Source: Gemmatimonadales bacterium (GTDB lineage: Bacteria > Gemmatimonadota > Gemmatimonadetes > Gemmatimonadales > GWC2-71-9). From it: a stretch of DNA of 64,000 bases. The stretch covers positions 672,001 to 736,000 of the forward strand of contig JBBCJC010000003.1 of assembly GCA_037189525.1 (NCBI GenBank), given 5' to 3'. The notes beneath the pieces are model-generated. The model was not told where the DNA came from. It was given only the letters and a program-made list of their open reading frames with translations, and ran no database searches. Made by a program: the position numbers and the translations under genes. Shown here piece by piece: positions 28,830-41,335 of the stretch. Every line of letters begins with the position of its first letter. The stretch's first letter is position 1.

Positions 28830-28889
28830 CATTCCCCCGGATCGTATTCATGCCTTGCCGTCAGACGCTGCGGCGGTCATTATCTGAAC

Positions 28890-29138
28890 ATGAACTCATC
28901 ACTCACCGTACTCATGTTTGCGCGGTACGCCGACCTCCTCGGGGCCGATCGGCTCGAGGTGCCGTCGTCCGTTGCCGCAACTATCGGTGATCTCGTCACT
29001 TACGTTCGGGGCCTTCCAGGAGGAGCTACCCTTCCATTTCGTCCGTTCGTGGCAGTCAATCTGGCGCAGGTCGAGATGGACTACATGCCCAAGCCGGGCG
29101 ACGAGATCGCATTTCTCCCACCCATGGCAGGAGGGTAA
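28890..29138 (+). CDS. moaD: Molybdopterin synthase sulfur carrier subunit
   Basis: MFARY, VAVN, GDEIAFLPPMAGG C-terminus. Confidence 0.92.
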   Translation: MNSSLTVLMFARYADLLGADRLEVPSSVAATIGDLVTYVRGLPGGATLPFRPFVAVNLAQVEMDYMPKPGDEIAFLPPMAGG

Positions 29139-29141
29139 CGC

Positions 29142-29594
29142 ATGGATGTGCTCACGCGTGAGCCGATTGATCTGTCCGCGCTCATCAAGGCCGTCGAGTC
29201 GCCCGAACGCGGTGCCGTTGCCACCTTCCTCGGAATAGTTCGCAATCATCACGGCGGTCGGACGGTGCAGGAACTGGAGTACACCGCCTACGAGCCGATG
29301 GCGACCGAGCGCTTGCGGGCCATCGTGTCGGAGGCCGAGGGACTCTGGTCCGTTCGTGTCGCCGCGAGCCACCGGCTTGGTGCGCTTTCGGTGGGGGATG
29401 TCGCGGTCGCCATTGCCGTGGCCAGCGAACACCGCAACGATGCCTTCGTGGCGTGCCGATTCGTGATCGAAGAAATCAAATCCCGGCTTCCGGTCTGGAA
29501 GCGCGAGCGGTACGACGACGGCGGCGAGGTCTGGGTCGATCCGACATCGTCGAGCGGGGCGTACCCTGTACTGAGTCAGTCTTCGAACGCATGA
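29142..29594 (+). CDS. moaE: Molybdopterin synthase catalytic subunit
   Basis: GAVATFLGIVR, LEYTAYEPMA, HRLG, IKSRLPVWKRE. Confidence 0.95.
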   Translation: MDVLTREPIDLSALIKAVESPERGAVATFLGIVRNHHGGRTVQELEYTAYEPMATERLRAIVSEAEGLWSVRVAASHRLGALSVGDVAVAIAVASEHRNDAFVACRFVIEEIKSRLPVWKRERYDDGGEVWVDPTSSSGAYPVLSQSSNA

Positions 29595-30610
29595 CCCTGC
29601 TCGATGCGCTGGGGCGGCCGCTAGGCAGTCTCAGGTTGTCGGTGACCGACCGCTGCAACATGCGATGTGGTTACTGCATGCCGAACGACCACTATGTCTG
29701 GTTGCCTCGCGCATCGATTTTGACCTTCGAAGAACTCGATCGGCTGGCGGGCGTGTTTGCCGGTTTGGGGGCGCGCAAGGTTCGTCTCACGGGCGGTGAG
29801 CCGCTACTCAGGCAGCATCTCGATCGTCTGATCACCTTGCTGTCGGCGCGGCGCGAGGTGCAGGATATCGCGCTCACCACCAACGGGATTCTGCTGGCTG
29901 AGCAGGCCGAGACGCTCGCGGCGGCCGGCCTGGGACGGATCACCGTCAGCTTGGACACGCTGGAGCCTGCCCGCTTCAAATCGTTTACGCGGTCCGACCG
30001 CCATGACGCCGTTCTCCGGGGTATCTCCGCAGCTATCGACGCGGGATTTGCCGTCAAGCTCAACACCGTGGTGATGCGCGGCTACAACGACGACGAGATC
30101 GTACCGCTGCTGCGCTTTGCCCGGGAACGCAATCTGGAACTGCGCTTCATCGAGTACATGGATGTGGGCGGGGCGACTGCATGGCAGGAAAGCGCGGTCG
30201 TCTCCCGCGAGGAGATCCTGCAATCCGTCGGTGCGGCGTTCGGTCCGGTGGCGGCGGTGGACGGACGGGGCGAAGCGCCGGCCGAGCAGTTCCAGCTCGC
30301 GGACGGAAGCGTGTTCGGGATCATCGCGTCGACGACGGCGCCCTTCTGCGGCCAGTGCGATCGCAGCCGGATTACGGCGGACGGGACCTGGTTCCGTTGT
30401 CTCTACGCCGACGATGGCCTCGACTTGCGGACGCCGCTGCGCGATGGGACGTCCGACGACGACCTCCGCGCTCTGATCGCCGCGACCTGGGGAGTCCGGA
30501 TGGATCGCGGGGCCGAAATGCGGCTGGCCGACCCGCGCCGAGGTGCGCTCTACGCACTGGATGGTCTGCGCGCCGATCCGCGGCGCGAAATGCACACGCG
30601 CGGAGGTTAG
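29591..30610 (+). CDS. moaA: GTP 3',8-cyclase
   Basis: SVTDRCNMRCGYC, LTGGEP, FCGQCDRSR...CL, terminal GG. Confidence 0.96.
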   Translation: MTLLDALGRPLGSLRLSVTDRCNMRCGYCMPNDHYVWLPRASILTFEELDRLAGVFAGLGARKVRLTGGEPLLRQHLDRLITLLSARREVQDIALTTNGILLAEQAETLAAAGLGRITVSLDTLEPARFKSFTRSDRHDAVLRGISAAIDAGFAVKLNTVVMRGYNDDEIVPLLRFARERNLELRFIEYMDVGGATAWQESAVVSREEILQSVGAAFGPVAAVDGRGEAPAEQFQLADGSVFGIIASTTAPFCGQCDRSRITADGTWFRCLYADDGLDLRTPLRDGTSDDDLRALIAATWGVRMDRGAEMRLADPRRGALYALDGLRADPRREMHTRGG

Positions 30611-30619
30611 GGAACGTCC

Positions 30620-31123
30620 GTGGCATTGCATGTCGCGCTGATCGAGCCGGAGATCCCGCCCAACACGGGGAACATCGCGCGCCTGTGTGCGGCGACCGAT
30701 GTTGCGCTCCATTTGATCGGTCCGCTGGGATTCTCGATCGATGATGCGCAGGTTCGCCGGGCGGGGCTCGACTACTGGCCCCATGTCGATCTCTGGACCC
30801 ATGCGAACTGGTTTGCGTTTCGTGATGCGATCAGCCGGGAGCGCTGCCTCTACTTCTCGGCGCGGGCCGAACGCCCGTTCTGGGAGGCGCCATTCCGATC
30901 CAACAGCTGCCTCGTTTTCGGGAACGAGACGGGCGGGATGCCCGATCGGATCCTGGCCAAGCATCCGGAGCGCTGCTTTACGATCCCGATGTCGGGGAGC
31001 GGGGTTCGCAGCCTCAATCTGGCGACGGCGGTGGGTGTCGTGCTGTACGAAGGGATCCGCCAGCTGGGGCTGGAAGGGGACCTCCCGGCGGCGCCCGCAC
31101 GACCTTCGCGGCGAGCGAAATGA
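30620..31123 (+). CDS. trmL: tRNA (cytidine/uridine(34)-2'-O)-methyltransferase
   Basis: PEIPPNTGNIAR, RRAGLDYW, FGNETGG, RSLNL. Confidence 0.95.
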   Translation: MALHVALIEPEIPPNTGNIARLCAATDVALHLIGPLGFSIDDAQVRRAGLDYWPHVDLWTHANWFAFRDAISRERCLYFSARAERPFWEAPFRSNSCLVFGNETGGMPDRILAKHPERCFTIPMSGSGVRSLNLATAVGVVLYEGIRQLGLEGDLPAAPARPSRRAK

Positions 31124-31135
31124 CAGCACGGTCCC

Positions 31136-31164
31136 TTGGACCAACCTATTCGTATTACTATGTT
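31136..31164 (+). promoter_or_regulatory. Putative sigma70 promoter of mdh-sdhCAB
   Basis: TTGGAC-N17-TATGTT in an AT-rich patch. Confidence 0.55.
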
Positions 31165-31240
31165 TCCGATGTGTCGGACCGATCGGCCTGCCGAGGCCGA
31201 TTGCTGATGTCGCCGACCGACCCCACAAAATTACAGGCCT

Positions 31241-32170
31241 ATGTTCAACAAGATCACTGTCGTCGGCGCTGGCAACGTAGGTGCCACCGCCGCTCAACGT
31301 TTGGCTGAAAAGAACCTGGCCCGGACCATCGTCATGGTGGACGTGGTCGAAGGCGTTCCGCAGGGCAAGGCGCTCGATCAATGGCAGTCGGGCCCGATCG
31401 AGGGCTTCGATGCGCGGGTGTACGGCGCGAACGATTACGAGGCCGCGCGCGATTCTGAAATCTTCGTCGTGACGGCGGGCATTGCCCGCAAGCCGGGTAT
31501 GAGCCGCGACGATCTGATCAAGACCAACGCCGGCATCGTCCAGTCGGTCTCGGCCGAGATTGCCCGGGTGGCGCCTAACTCGATCATCATCGTAGTGTCC
31601 AATCCGCTCGACGTGATGTGCTACGTGGCCATGAAGGCCAGCGGCTTCCCGCGCGAGCGGGTGCTCGGCATGGCGGGCGTGCTGGACACGGCGCGGTACC
31701 GGATGTTCCTGGCCGAGGCGGCCAACGTGTCGGTCGAGGACATTCAGGCCATGGTTCTGGGCGGCCACGGCGACACCATGGTGCCATTGATCTCCTACAC
31801 CACGGTGTCGGGCATTCCGATCACCCAGCTGCTCGACGCCGACACGCTCGGCAAGATCGTCGACCGGACCCGGAACGGCGGCGCCGAGATCGTCAAGCAC
31901 CTGAAGACGGGCTCGGCCTATTACGCACCGAGCGCGGCGGCGGTCCAGATGGTCGAAGCCATTGTGCTCGACAAGAAGCGGATCCTGCCGAGTGCGGCCT
32001 GGTTGCAGGGCGAGTTCGGGCTCACCGACGTGTACTGCGGCGTGCCGTGTAAGCTGGGGAGGGGTGGTTTGGAGCAGATCATCGATGTGACGCTGACCGA
32101 GCAGGAACGAAAGGACCTGCACGCTTCGGCCGAGCAGGTGCGATCGCTCCAGGCCCTCGTCGGACTTTGA
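31241..32170 (+). CDS. mdh: Malate dehydrogenase (LDH-like)
   Basis: [31 protein letters not shown]. Confidence 0.97.
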   Translation: MFNKITVVGAGNVGATAAQRLAEKNLARTIVMVDVVEGVPQGKALDQWQSGPIEGFDARVYGANDYEAARDSEIFVVTAGIARKPGMSRDDLIKTNAGIVQSVSAEIARVAPNSIIIVVSNPLDVMCYVAMKASGFPRERVLGMAGVLDTARYRMFLAEAANVSVEDIQAMVLGGHGDTMVPLISYTTVSGIPITQLLDADTLGKIVDRTRNGGAEIVKHLKTGSAYYAPSAAAVQMVEAIVLDKKRILPSAAWLQGEFGLTDVYCGVPCKLGRGGLEQIIDVTLTEQERKDLHASAEQVRSLQALVGL

Positions 32171-32859
32171 TGGCGGCGGGCGCGCACGCTGCGCCGGCGG
32201 GGAACTGGCTGATCCGGTTCTACGCCTCGACCATCGGTCGCAAGATCGTGATGGCGCTCACCGGGGTCATCCTGGTGGGCTTCATCACGCTGCATATGGC
32301 CGGCAACCTGCTCATGTTCCGCGGACAGCAGGCCATGAACGACTACGCGCATTTCCTCCAGAGCAACCTGCCGTTGCTCTGGACCACGCGTATCGTGCTC
32401 CTGATCGCCACCATCTTTCACGTCCATTCCGCCTTCACGCTGACCCGGCTGTCCCGGATGGCTCGGCCGGCGCGGTATGCGGGCCTCAAATCGCAGGCGG
32501 CCACCTGGTCGGCGCGGACGATGCGGGCAGGCGGCGTTCTGCTGCTCGTCTTCATCGTCTTTCACATCCTGCACTTCACCACCGGGACGGTGCTCGCTGC
32601 GCAGTTCGTGCGCGGTGAGGCGTATCAGAACGTGGTGCGCAGCTTTTCGATTGTCTGGGTCGCGGTGTTTTACGTCGTCGCGATGGTAGCGCTGGCTTTT
32701 CACCTCCATCACGGGATCTGGAGCCTGTTCCAGACCGTGGGAGCCAACCATCCCAATCTCAATCCCGTCCGGCGGAAGCTGGCCTGGTTCCTTTCGATTG
32801 CGGTACCCGTCGGCTTTGCGGCGGTACCGCTGGCGATCGTCTTCGGGATGGTTCGGTAA
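32170..32859 (+). CDS. sdhC: Succinate dehydrogenase cytochrome b558 subunit (single five-TM anchor)
   Basis: [38 protein letters not shown]. Confidence 0.93.
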   Translation: MAAGAHAAPAGNWLIRFYASTIGRKIVMALTGVILVGFITLHMAGNLLMFRGQQAMNDYAHFLQSNLPLLWTTRIVLLIATIFHVHSAFTLTRLSRMARPARYAGLKSQAATWSARTMRAGGVLLLVFIVFHILHFTTGTVLAAQFVRGEAYQNVVRSFSIVWVAVFYVVAMVALAFHLHHGIWSLFQTVGANHPNLNPVRRKLAWFLSIAVPVGFAAVPLAIVFGMVR

Positions 32860-32864
32860 TTGAC

Positions 32865-34778
<1,914 letters not shown>

Positions 34779-34781
34779 CCG

Positions 34782-35555
34782 ATGCGAATTACTCTGAAAG
34801 TCTGGCGGCAGGAAGGCCCCGAGAGCGCGGGCCGGTTCGAGACCTATCTCGCCAACGACGTCAGTCCCGATATGTCGTTCCTCGAGATGATGGACGTCGT
34901 CAACGAAGATCTGATCGAGGGGGGACGCGACCCGATCGCGTTCGATCACGATTGCCGCGAAGGCATCTGCGGCATGTGCAGCATGGTGATCGACGGCGTG
35001 CCGCATGGCCCGCACAAAGCGACTACGACCTGCCAGCTCCACATGCGCTCGTTCTCCGACGGCGACACCGTGACGGTCGAGCCGTTTCGGGCCCGCGGGT
35101 TTCCCATCGTGCGCGATCTGGCCGTCGATCGCTCAGCGCTCGATCGGATCATTCAGGCGGGCGGGTACGTCAGCGTCGCGACCGGGAATGCGCCGGATGC
35201 GAACGTCATCCCCATCTCCAAAGAGTTGGCCGACCGGGCCATGGACGTGGCCCAGTGCATTGGCTGCGGCGCGTGCGTCGCGGCTTGTCCCAACGCCAGC
35301 GCCATGCTGTTCGTTGGCGCCAAGGTCAGCCATCTGGGCCTCTTGCCCCAAGGCCAGCCCGAGCGGTACCGGCGGACACTGGCCATGGTGACGCAGATGG
35401 ATATCGAAGACTTCGGCGGCTGCAGTAACTTCGGTGAATGCGAGGCTGCCTGCCCGAAGGAGATCGGGATATGGGCGATTGCCCGGATGAACGCCGACTT
35501 CGTCAAAGCGGCGGCATCGGCGCGCAACGAGATCTCGGGCAGCGACGGCGTTTAG
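34782..35555 (+). CDS. sdhB: Succinate dehydrogenase iron-sulfur subunit
   Basis: [33 protein letters not shown]. Confidence 0.97.
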   Translation: MRITLKVWRQEGPESAGRFETYLANDVSPDMSFLEMMDVVNEDLIEGGRDPIAFDHDCREGICGMCSMVIDGVPHGPHKATTTCQLHMRSFSDGDTVTVEPFRARGFPIVRDLAVDRSALDRIIQAGGYVSVATGNAPDANVIPISKELADRAMDVAQCIGCGACVAACPNASAMLFVGAKVSHLGLLPQGQPERYRRTLAMVTQMDIEDFGGCSNFGECEAACPKEIGIWAIARMNADFVKAAASARNEISGSDGV

Positions 35556-35557
35556 TC

Positions 35558-36751
35558 GTGCCTCCGGTCCGGCTGCCGGCGATCATCGGGCTCCTGATGA
35601 TCGCCGGGGCCGCTCTGGGCTGTTCCCGCTCACCGACCGACCCTGATCCGGACCCGGATCCCGATCCGGATCTCTCCCGCGAGCCAGAGCTCGTCGCCAC
35701 CGTTCCGATCCCGCCAGAATACGGCATTCACGATACCTACGTTCGCGACGGACTGGCGTTCGTGTCCGCGTGGAATACCGGACTCATCATCTTCGACGTG
35801 GGCGACGGCCGGCGGGGCGGATCGCCCTCTCGTCCGGTCGAGGTGAGCCGGATCGTGCCGAGCGGTAACGGCGTTCCCGGCGGGCCGGCGGTCCACAACG
35901 CCTGGTGGTTCCACAATCCGGTCTCGGGGGAGAAGCGCTACGTCTTCGTCGGGCAGGAAGGGCCGGGAACGCTCTTCTCCTCCGCGTCGGGCGATCTCTA
36001 CGTTATCGATGTCTCCGATCTGTCCCAGCCCAGGGAGGTCGCCTCGCTGCGCATTCCCGGCGCTGGCGTCCACAATTTTTGGATGGATGAGGCCCGCCAG
36101 GTCCTCTATGCGGCGTGGTACAACGCCGGCGTGGTCGCCATCGACGTGTCGGGAACGCTGTCCGGTGATCTCAGCAACCGGATCATCGCCCGGACCACGG
36201 CGGGCGGGGCGATCGGTAGCTACGTATGGGGCGTGATGCTCGCCAACGGGTCGCTCTGGGTCAACGACATGGTCGACGGGTTCGGACGGCTCGATCCGGT
36301 CTCGCTGGCGCTGCAGGGCGGCGGGCGCAACGTGAGCAACCGCTGGGGCTCGGACCTCTGGATTCACGGGGAGTACGCCTACACCGGTACCTGGGGAGGC
36401 ACCGCGCGCAACGGGACCGGCTTTGGCGATGTCGTCAACATCTGGCGTATTACGGGAAGTGGCGCGCCGGTGCTGGCGGACTCGCTGCGCATTGCCGACG
36501 TGCGGACCGTCAGCGACCTCGAGGTGAGCGACGACGGACGGACCCTGGTCGTCACGACCGAGCGGCTTTCCGGGGCCGGGTTTCAGGTCTACGACCTGGC
36601 GAATCCTGCGAAGCCCGTCCTGCAGGCCAGCGTGCCCGTGGTGTCGGGGTTGCACACCGGTTCGCTGGCTCGCATCGGGGGCCAGCTCTATCTCTTTGCC
36701 GCAAGAAACCCGCCCGATCCCGCGTTGCTGGTCTACCGGTTGACCCGCTGA
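35558..36751 (+). CDS. LVIVD-repeat-like beta-propeller lipoprotein
   Basis: Lipobox ALGC; repeats GLIIFDV, LYVIDVSDLSQP, VVAIDVS, FQVYDLANPAKP; HD/HN at repeat starts. Confidence 0.75.
   Translation: MPPVRLPAIIGLLMIAGAALGCSRSPTDPDPDPDPDPDLSREPELVATVPIPPEYGIHDTYVRDGLAFVSAWNTGLIIFDVGDGRRGGSPSRPVEVSRIVPSGNGVPGGPAVHNAWWFHNPVSGEKRYVFVGQEGPGTLFSSASGDLYVIDVSDLSQPREVASLRIPGAGVHNFWMDEARQVLYAAWYNAGVVAIDVSGTLSGDLSNRIIARTTAGGAIGSYVWGVMLANGSLWVNDMVDGFGRLDPVSLALQGGGRNVSNRWGSDLWIHGEYAYTGTWGGTARNGTGFGDVVNIWRITGSGAPVLADSLRIADVRTVSDLEVSDDGRTLVVTTERLSGAGFQVYDLANPAKPVLQASVPVVSGLHTGSLARIGGQLYLFAARNPPDPALLVYRLTR
35639..35671 (+). repeat. (Asp-Pro)5 linker repeat
   Basis: GACCCT GATCCG GACCCG GATCCC GATCCG GAT; synonymous variation between units. 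Confidence 0.85.
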
Positions 36752-36757
36752 GGCCGG

Positions 36758-37510
36758 TTAGCCCAGGTAGTGAGGCAGCATCTTCCGCCACCAGGGCCAG
36801 TCGTGGTCGACATCGTGGCCCCAGAGGTCCAGCGTGTGGGGGATTTCCTTCTGGCGCAGCAGCGCGGAAAACCGGCGTGAACAGTCGGGCGCTTCGTAGG
36901 CGCCCTGGCCGGTGACCAGCACGATCCGGCAGTCGGTCCGCAGCCGATGCAGGTCGTCGCCGCCCAAGTCTCGCAGAAACCACGACGGATTGTTGAAGTA
37001 GCAGTTCTCATCCGAGTAGCCGCGCAAGTAGTCGGGTGCTAAATCGTAGAACCCGCTCATCGCGATCAGCCCGCCGAACAACTGGGGCCGGCGGAACACG
37101 GCATTGGCGGCGTGGAAGGCGCCGAAGCTCGCGCCGGATGCAATGGGCCGGACCGACGCATCGCCGACCGCCGTACGGATCCAGGGCACGACTTCATCTT
37201 CGACATAGCGCGAATAGAGCGCCTGCCGGCGGGCCTGTTCTCTCACCGGCAGGGAACGATCCATCCAGGCATACCGGTTGATGCTCTCGATCGAGATCAC
37301 CCGGATGCGTCCCGCCATGATGGCCGGTTCGACCGACTTGATGAGGAAGAACCGTTCGCACTCTAGGTAGTCGGCGGCGGCGGTCGGAAACAGCAGCACC
37401 GGATGGCCGCTATGGCCATACGATACGAGCGGCATCTCGAGGCCAAGGGCCGGACTGTGCCACGAGACCAGGGCTCGCGGCATGGCGGGGTCGATATACT
37501 GATAGTTCAT
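36758..37510 (-). CDS. Alpha/beta-hydrolase esterase family protein
   Basis: GHSGHPVLLFPT, GASFG nucleophile elbow, MSGFYD, DHDWPWW. Confidence 0.88.
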   Translation of the reverse strand: MNYQYIDPAMPRALVSWHSPALGLEMPLVSYGHSGHPVLLFPTAAADYLECERFFLIKSVEPAIMAGRIRVISIESINRYAWMDRSLPVREQARRQALYSRYVEDEVVPWIRTAVGDASVRPIASGASFGAFHAANAVFRRPQLFGGLIAMSGFYDLAPDYLRGYSDENCYFNNPSWFLRDLGGDDLHRLRTDCRIVLVTGQGAYEAPDCSRRFSALLRQKEIPHTLDLWGHDVDHDWPWWRKMLPHYLG

Positions 37511-37523
37511 ACCCGGTGCTCGT

Positions 37524-38102
37524 TTAGAGTCGTGGCAGTGTGACGCCCTTCTGGCCCTGATACTTCCCGGCTTTGTCCCGATAACTGGTCTCGCACACGT
37601 CGTCCTCGTCCGCCTCGAAGAAGAGCACCTGGCAGATGCCCTCGTTGGCGTAGACCCGGGCGGGCAGGGGCGTCGTGTTGGAAATTTCGAGGGTGACGTG
37701 CCCTTCCCATTCCGGTTCGAACGGCGTCACGTTCGTGATGATGCCGCAGCGGGCATAGGTCGATTTGCCGACGCAGATCGTCAGCACGTTCCGGGGAATC
37801 CGGAAGTATTCGATCGACCGGGCCAGGGCAAAGCTGTTGGGCGGGACGATGCAGACGTCACCCTCGAATTCGACCAGGCTCCGGGAATCGAATTCCTTGG
37901 GGTCGACGACGGCCGACAGCACGTTGGTGAAGATCTTGAACTCCGGGGCGACCCGCATGTCGTACCCGTAGGACGAGACACCGTAGGAGATGACCTTCCG
38001 GCCCTGGGCGTCGACCTGGCGGACCTGGTTCTCGACGAAGGGCTCGATCATGTGGTACTCGGCAGCCATCCGGCGAATCCACCGGTCGGACTTGATGGAC
38101 AT
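37524..38102 (-). CDS. dcd: dCTP deaminase
   Basis: [39 protein letters not shown]. Confidence 0.97.
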   Translation of the reverse strand: MSIKSDRWIRRMAAEYHMIEPFVENQVRQVDAQGRKVISYGVSSYGYDMRVAPEFKIFTNVLSAVVDPKEFDSRSLVEFEGDVCIVPPNSFALARSIEYFRIPRNVLTICVGKSTYARCGIITNVTPFEPEWEGHVTLEISNTTPLPARVYANEGICQVLFFEADEDDVCETSYRDKAGKYQGQKGVTLPRL

Positions 38103-38347
38103 CCGTCAGTATTTCCATGTCAAAGGGGGGATTGGGCGTCCTGCGGGTTCGCACGTCGCAGCCGCCGAGGGAAGGAATATAGCCATGGGAATTGGCCGCG
38201 GGACCCGTCGGGATTTCGCGCGATGGAGGAACCCGGCACGAGGGCTGCGGAATCGGATTGGGGCGGGGCCGTTCAAAGGCTAGGAATTGAGTCGGGATTG
38301 ACGGTGTAAACCCGTTCTGTGTCACAAGTTAAAGCCCCGGCCTCGGG

Positions 38348-38376
38348 TTGAAGTCGCCCGGTCGTCCGGTTAGATT
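38348..38376 (+). promoter_or_regulatory. Putative sigma70 promoter of nuo operon
   Basis: TTGAAG-N17-TAGATT. Confidence 0.6.
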
Positions 38377-38386
38377 GCCAGGCTAT

Positions 38387-38406
38387 ATCGTGAATCTTTT
38401 CACGAT
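38387..38406. promoter_or_regulatory. Palindromic operator, Rex-like (also CRP/FNR-like)
   Basis: ATCGTGAA-TCTT-TTCACGAT, a perfect 8-bp inverted repeat. Confidence 0.65.
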
Positions 38407-38455
38407 GTTTCCGGCCGCGTGATTGCATCGAGAAGACCATCTAGCTCGGACGCCT

Positions 38456-38821
38456 ATGCTTCGGTCGTATTCTCCCCTCCTCATCCTGATCGCCTTCGTG
38501 GTGGCAAACGCGATCTTGATGCTCGGGGTGTCGCACATCTTCTCGACGTATCGTCGAACTGCCGTCAAAGTGGCGCCGTACGAGTCGGGTATCCCGGCCT
38601 TGGGCGACACCCGTGAACGCTTCTCGGTCAAGTTCTATCTGGTCGCGATGCTGTTCATCATCTTCGATATCGAAGCCGTCTTTCTGATTCCCTGGGCCGT
38701 GGCGTTCAGCCAGTTCAAGGACATCACGGGGCTTCTGCTGATCGAGATTCTCGTCTTCCTCGGGATTCTCGGGATCGGCTACGTGTACGTGTGGAAGCGA
38801 GGTGCGTTGCAATGGGATTGA
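38456..38821 (+). CDS. nuoA: NADH-quinone oxidoreductase subunit A
   Basis: [29 protein letters not shown]. Confidence 0.96.
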   Translation: MLRSYSPLLILIAFVVANAILMLGVSHIFSTYRRTAVKVAPYESGIPALGDTRERFSVKFYLVAMLFIIFDIEAVFLIPWAVAFSQFKDITGLLLIEILVFLGILGIGYVYVWKRGALQWD

Positions 38822-39429
38822 CACTACCGGCGGGGCATGACACGACGGAGTTGCCGGGCGAATCTCCCAACTACGTCGCGACCCGGCTCGATTTCCTGGT
38901 CAACTGGGCCCGGTCCAATTCCTTGTGGCCGATGCCGTTCGGCACGGCCTGCTGCGCCATCGAGTTCATGGCGACGGCGGCCGGGCGGTTCGATCTGGCC
39001 CGGTTCGGGATGGAGCGGCAGAGCTTCTCGCCGCGCCAGGCAGACGTGCTGATCTGCGCCGGGCGGTTGCCGTTCAAGCTGGCGCCGATCATCCGGCGGG
39101 TCTGGGATCAGATGCCGCAGCCCAAGTGGTCGATTTCGATGGGCGCCTGCGCATCGAGCGGCGGGATCTTCGACACCTATTCGATGGTGCAGGGCATCGA
39201 CACGATCATTCCGGTCGACGTCTACGTGCCGGGCTGCCCGCCCCGTCCCGAAGGGTTGCTCTACGGGATCATGCTGCTCCAGAAGAAGATCATGGGCGAG
39301 GCGATGAAGGACCCGTCGCTGCGGCAGGAGTTCCTGGTCAACGACAAGGGCTTCTACATCCCGCCGGCCAAGATCGATGAGGTCTCGGAGCCGTTCGGCA
39401 ACTCGGTCCATCAGACCCGCTCCGCATGA
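38812..39429 (+). CDS. nuoB: NADH-quinone oxidoreductase subunit B
   Basis: [27 protein letters not shown]. Confidence 0.97.
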   Translation: MGLTLPAGHDTTELPGESPNYVATRLDFLVNWARSNSLWPMPFGTACCAIEFMATAAGRFDLARFGMERQSFSPRQADVLICAGRLPFKLAPIIRRVWDQMPQPKWSISMGACASSGGIFDTYSMVQGIDTIIPVDVYVPGCPPRPEGLLYGIMLLQKKIMGEAMKDPSLRQEFLVNDKGFYIPPAKIDEVSEPFGNSVHQTRSA

Positions 39430-40052
39430 CGCTCGCTCAGTCACTCGCGTCCACGGTCGACGCGCTGCGTGCCGAGTTCGGCTCGGCGATTCTGTACGAC
39501 ACCACGAGCTGCGGCGATACGATCGTGGGGGTCGAGGCGTCGCGTTCGCACGATGTGCTGGCCTGGCTCAAGCAGACGCCAGGGCAGGACTTCGACTATC
39601 TGACCGACATCACGGCGGTCGACTATCGCGATCCCGAGTTTCCGCTCGAGGTCGTCTACCAGCTGCGCTCGCTGGCGCGCAAGGTCGACCTGCGGGTCAA
39701 GGTGCCGCTCGACAAGGACGGCGTGCTGGCGGTGCGCTCGGTCTGGGATCTCTGGAAAGGGTGCAACTGGCTGGAGCGTGAGGTGTACGACATGTTCGGC
39801 ATCCGCTTCGACGGTCATCCCGACCTGCGCCGGATCCTGATGTGGGACACCTACGCCGAAGGGCACCCGCTGCGTAAGGACTTTCCGCTGCGCGGCAACT
39901 TTACCCGGGCCGAGCAGACCCGCCAGGCGCTGGCGGCCAACCCGGAAGCGCACTACTCGCTCGAAGAGCTCTCGATCGTCGACGCCTTCGACGAGTTGCC
40001 GGACGACATGAAACGGCGGCTTGCGGCCGGGAAGCGGGGAGAAGTCAGATGA
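39426..40052 (+). CDS. nuoC: NADH-quinone oxidoreductase subunit C
   Basis: [33 protein letters not shown]. Confidence 0.96.
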   Translation: MTLAQSLASTVDALRAEFGSAILYDTTSCGDTIVGVEASRSHDVLAWLKQTPGQDFDYLTDITAVDYRDPEFPLEVVYQLRSLARKVDLRVKVPLDKDGVLAVRSVWDLWKGCNWLEREVYDMFGIRFDGHPDLRRILMWDTYAEGHPLRKDFPLRGNFTRAEQTRQALAANPEAHYSLEELSIVDAFDELPDDMKRRLAAGKRGEVR

Positions 40053-41335
40053 CGACGCGTACGCTCGAAGTCGCCCTCTCGACGCCCAGTCTCGATCCGC
40101 AGGGGCGGCCGGTCCAGGTGCCGCTCGGTGTCGAGCGCCAATCCTCCGGCGACGACCTCGGCGCGGAGCACATGCTGGTCAACATCGGCCCGCAGCATCC
40201 GGCCACGCACGGCGTGTTGCGGCTGGTGCTCGAGCTCGACGGCGAAACCGTGATCCGGTGTATCCCGCACGTCGGGTACCTGCACTCCGGGTTCGAGAAG
40301 CTCGCCGAGTACCGGCACTACAATCAGATCATCCCGCTGACCGATCGGACCGACTACCTCTCGCCGATGGCCAACAACGTCTGTCTGGCGCTGGCGGCCG
40401 AGAAGCTGATGGGGATCGAGATCACGGAGCGCTGCCAGGTGCTTCGGGTCATCGCGTGCGAAATGAGCCGGATCATCTCGCACATCGTCTGGCTGGGCAC
40501 CACCGGCATCGATCTCGGCGCCTTTACCCCGTTCCTCTGGCTCTTCTATCAGCGCGAGCGGATCTACAACCTGCAGGAAGCCTGGACCGGTGCGCGGCTG
40601 ACGACCAGTCTGACCCGGGTGGGCGGCATGCTGGCCGACATTCCGGAAGGCTGGGAAGCCGGACTCCGCCAGTTCTGCGAGACCTTCCCGAAGACGCTCG
40701 ACGAAGTCGATGCCGTGTTCAGCAAGAACTCGATCTGGTGCGGCCGGACACAGGGCGTCGGCGTCATCGGCGCCGAAGAAGCGATCAACTACTCGCTCTC
40801 CGGGCCGATGCTCCGGGCCAGCGGCGTGGCGTACGACGTGCGCAAGGACCGTCCGTACCTGGGGTACGAGGACTACGAGTTCGATGTGCCGGTCGGTGAG
40901 CACGGCGACATCTACGACCGCTACATGCTGCGGCTCGAGGAGATGTACCAGTCAACCCGGATCCTCTCGCAGGCGCTCGACAAGCTGGCGCGCCTCAAGG
41001 GAGCGCCGCTCAATGCCGAGGATCCCCGGGTCATCCTGCCGCCCAAGTCGGCGGCGATGAGCGACATGGAAGCCATGATCTATCACTTCAAGCAGGTGAT
41101 GGAAGGGGTCGCCGCGCCGGCGGGCGAGGCCTACATGGGGATCGAGAATCCCAAGGGTGAGCTGGGCTACTACTTCGTGTCGGACGGAACCGCCAAGCCG
41201 GTGCGCTGGCGGATCCGGCCGCCGTCGTTCATCAACCTGGCCTGTCTGCCGCGGCTCTGCGAAGGGTCGCTCCTGGCGGACGTCATTGCCATCAACGCGA
41301 GTGTCGACATCGTGATGGGAGAGATCGACCGATGA
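40049..41335 (+). CDS. nuoD: NADH-quinone oxidoreductase subunit D
   Basis: GPQHPATHGVLRL, GYLHSGFEK, ENPKGELG, DIVMGEIDR. Confidence 0.97.
   Translation: MTTRTLEVALSTPSLDPQGRPVQVPLGVERQSSGDDLGAEHMLVNIGPQHPATHGVLRLVLELDGETVIRCIPHVGYLHSGFEKLAEYRHYNQIIPLTDRTDYLSPMANNVCLALAAEKLMGIEITERCQVLRVIACEMSRIISHIVWLGTTGIDLGAFTPFLWLFYQRERIYNLQEAWTGARLTTSLTRVGGMLADIPEGWEAGLRQFCETFPKTLDEVDAVFSKNSIWCGRTQGVGVIGAEEAINYSLSGPMLRASGVAYDVRKDRPYLGYEDYEFDVPVGEHGDIYDRYMLRLEEMYQSTRILSQALDKLARLKGAPLNAEDPRVILPPKSAAMSDMEAMIYHFKQVMEGVAAPAGEAYMGIENPKGELGYYFVSDGTAKPVRWRIRPPSFINLACLPRLCEGSLLADVIAINASVDIVMGEIDR

Noticed and set aside
28770..28889. Moco riboswitch upstream of moaD
   Set aside because: The space is taken by a terminator and a probable promoter; no riboswitch-like structure recognised.
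31142..31166. Further copy of the dyad at the mdh promoter (CAA-N19-TTC)
   Set aside because: Both outer triplets deviate; too weak to count.
35639..35671. 6-bp tandem repeat as a phase-variation locus or CRISPR
   Set aside because: In-frame with synonymous variation, so a protein linker; no spacers or cas genes.
36758..37510. Esterase as part of a peptide-ligase or biosynthetic cluster
   Set aside because: No ATP-grasp or ligase genes nearby; flanked only by dcd and a convergent lipoprotein.
38812..41335. NuoB/C/D as a group 4 NiFe hydrogenase
   Set aside because: NuoD lacks the CxxC Ni-binding motifs, and the full nuoA-N order is present.
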